Assembly (NCBI RefSeq): GCF_006345805.1
Contig: NC_043002.1
Location: 41,974,001 to 42,038,000, forward strand
Direction: 5' to 3'
From: Octopus sinensis
Taxonomy: Eukaryota
Length of the DNA: 64,000 nucleotides
The notes below the pieces were generated by a model. The model did no database searches and was not told the DNA's origin. It saw nothing but the letters and a program-made list of their open reading frames with translations. How positions within the stretch are numbered: the first letter of the stretch is position 1; the number at the start of each line of letters is the position of its first letter. A program made the translations under genes and the position numbers. Below are positions 63,591-64,000 of the stretch, in pieces.

Positions 63591-64000
63591 GCTAGACGTC
63601 TGAGAACATATTCCCCGGAAACAATATTTCAAAAGTATAACATAATAAAAGAAAAAGCCATACAAGCAAGCAAAAAAATAAACAAATGAATAATTAAATA
63701 AACAAACAAACAAACAAATAAATAAATAAATGAATAAATAAATAAATAAATAAACAGAAATGAGTGGTTGCATTTCCTCTCTTCTTGCGGAATTAATAAC
63801 GACATTTGGAAGGAAATGTCTGAAGGCTTATGACATCTCATGAAAGTGGAGAACAATAAGATGAACTGAATAAATGTGACAGCCTGCTTACTCACGTGAC
63901 TCTATGTACATATATGATTAAAAGCTGAACGTGACACTGGCTATTTATCTGTCATTGATACCGTGGTGTTCTTGTGATCTACATGCCAGTGCTAGTTTAA

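Overview
AT-rich, microsatellite-dense, gene-poor eukaryotic DNA, most likely from an octopus (inferred from the tRNA-derived SINE families and the repeat profile). I cannot support any host protein-coding gene, real tRNA/rRNA gene or CRISPR array. Almost all long ORFs in the track are translations of simple repeats or transposon remnants. The window is a transposon graveyard with three abundant tRNA-derived SINE groups (my labels A, B, C). DNA-transposon remnants include a TIR-complete DD41D rosa-type mariner, DD34D mariners, a DD34E Tc1, a Charlie/Buster hAT, a Helitron helicase and several MITEs. Retrotransposon remnants include RTE fragments, several RLE-type (R4/Dong-like) LINE ends sitting in (TAA)n, and a near-full-length CR1-group LINE at about 57.1-62.6 kb. 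The most interesting signals are these. (1) The SINE-A 3' end matches the 3' end of the CR1-group LINE, including a hairpin with compensatory substitutions, which points to a SINE-LINE partner pair. (2) A 14-monomer AT-rich array lies directly upstream of that LINE's ORF1. (3) A ~290 bp fold-back at 25 kb has stem transitions that are all G-U-compatible on the + strand, unlike two other fold-backs in the window. (4) SINE-B dimers recur with one fixed junction. Coordinates were read by eye, and family names come from motif recognition, not database searches.
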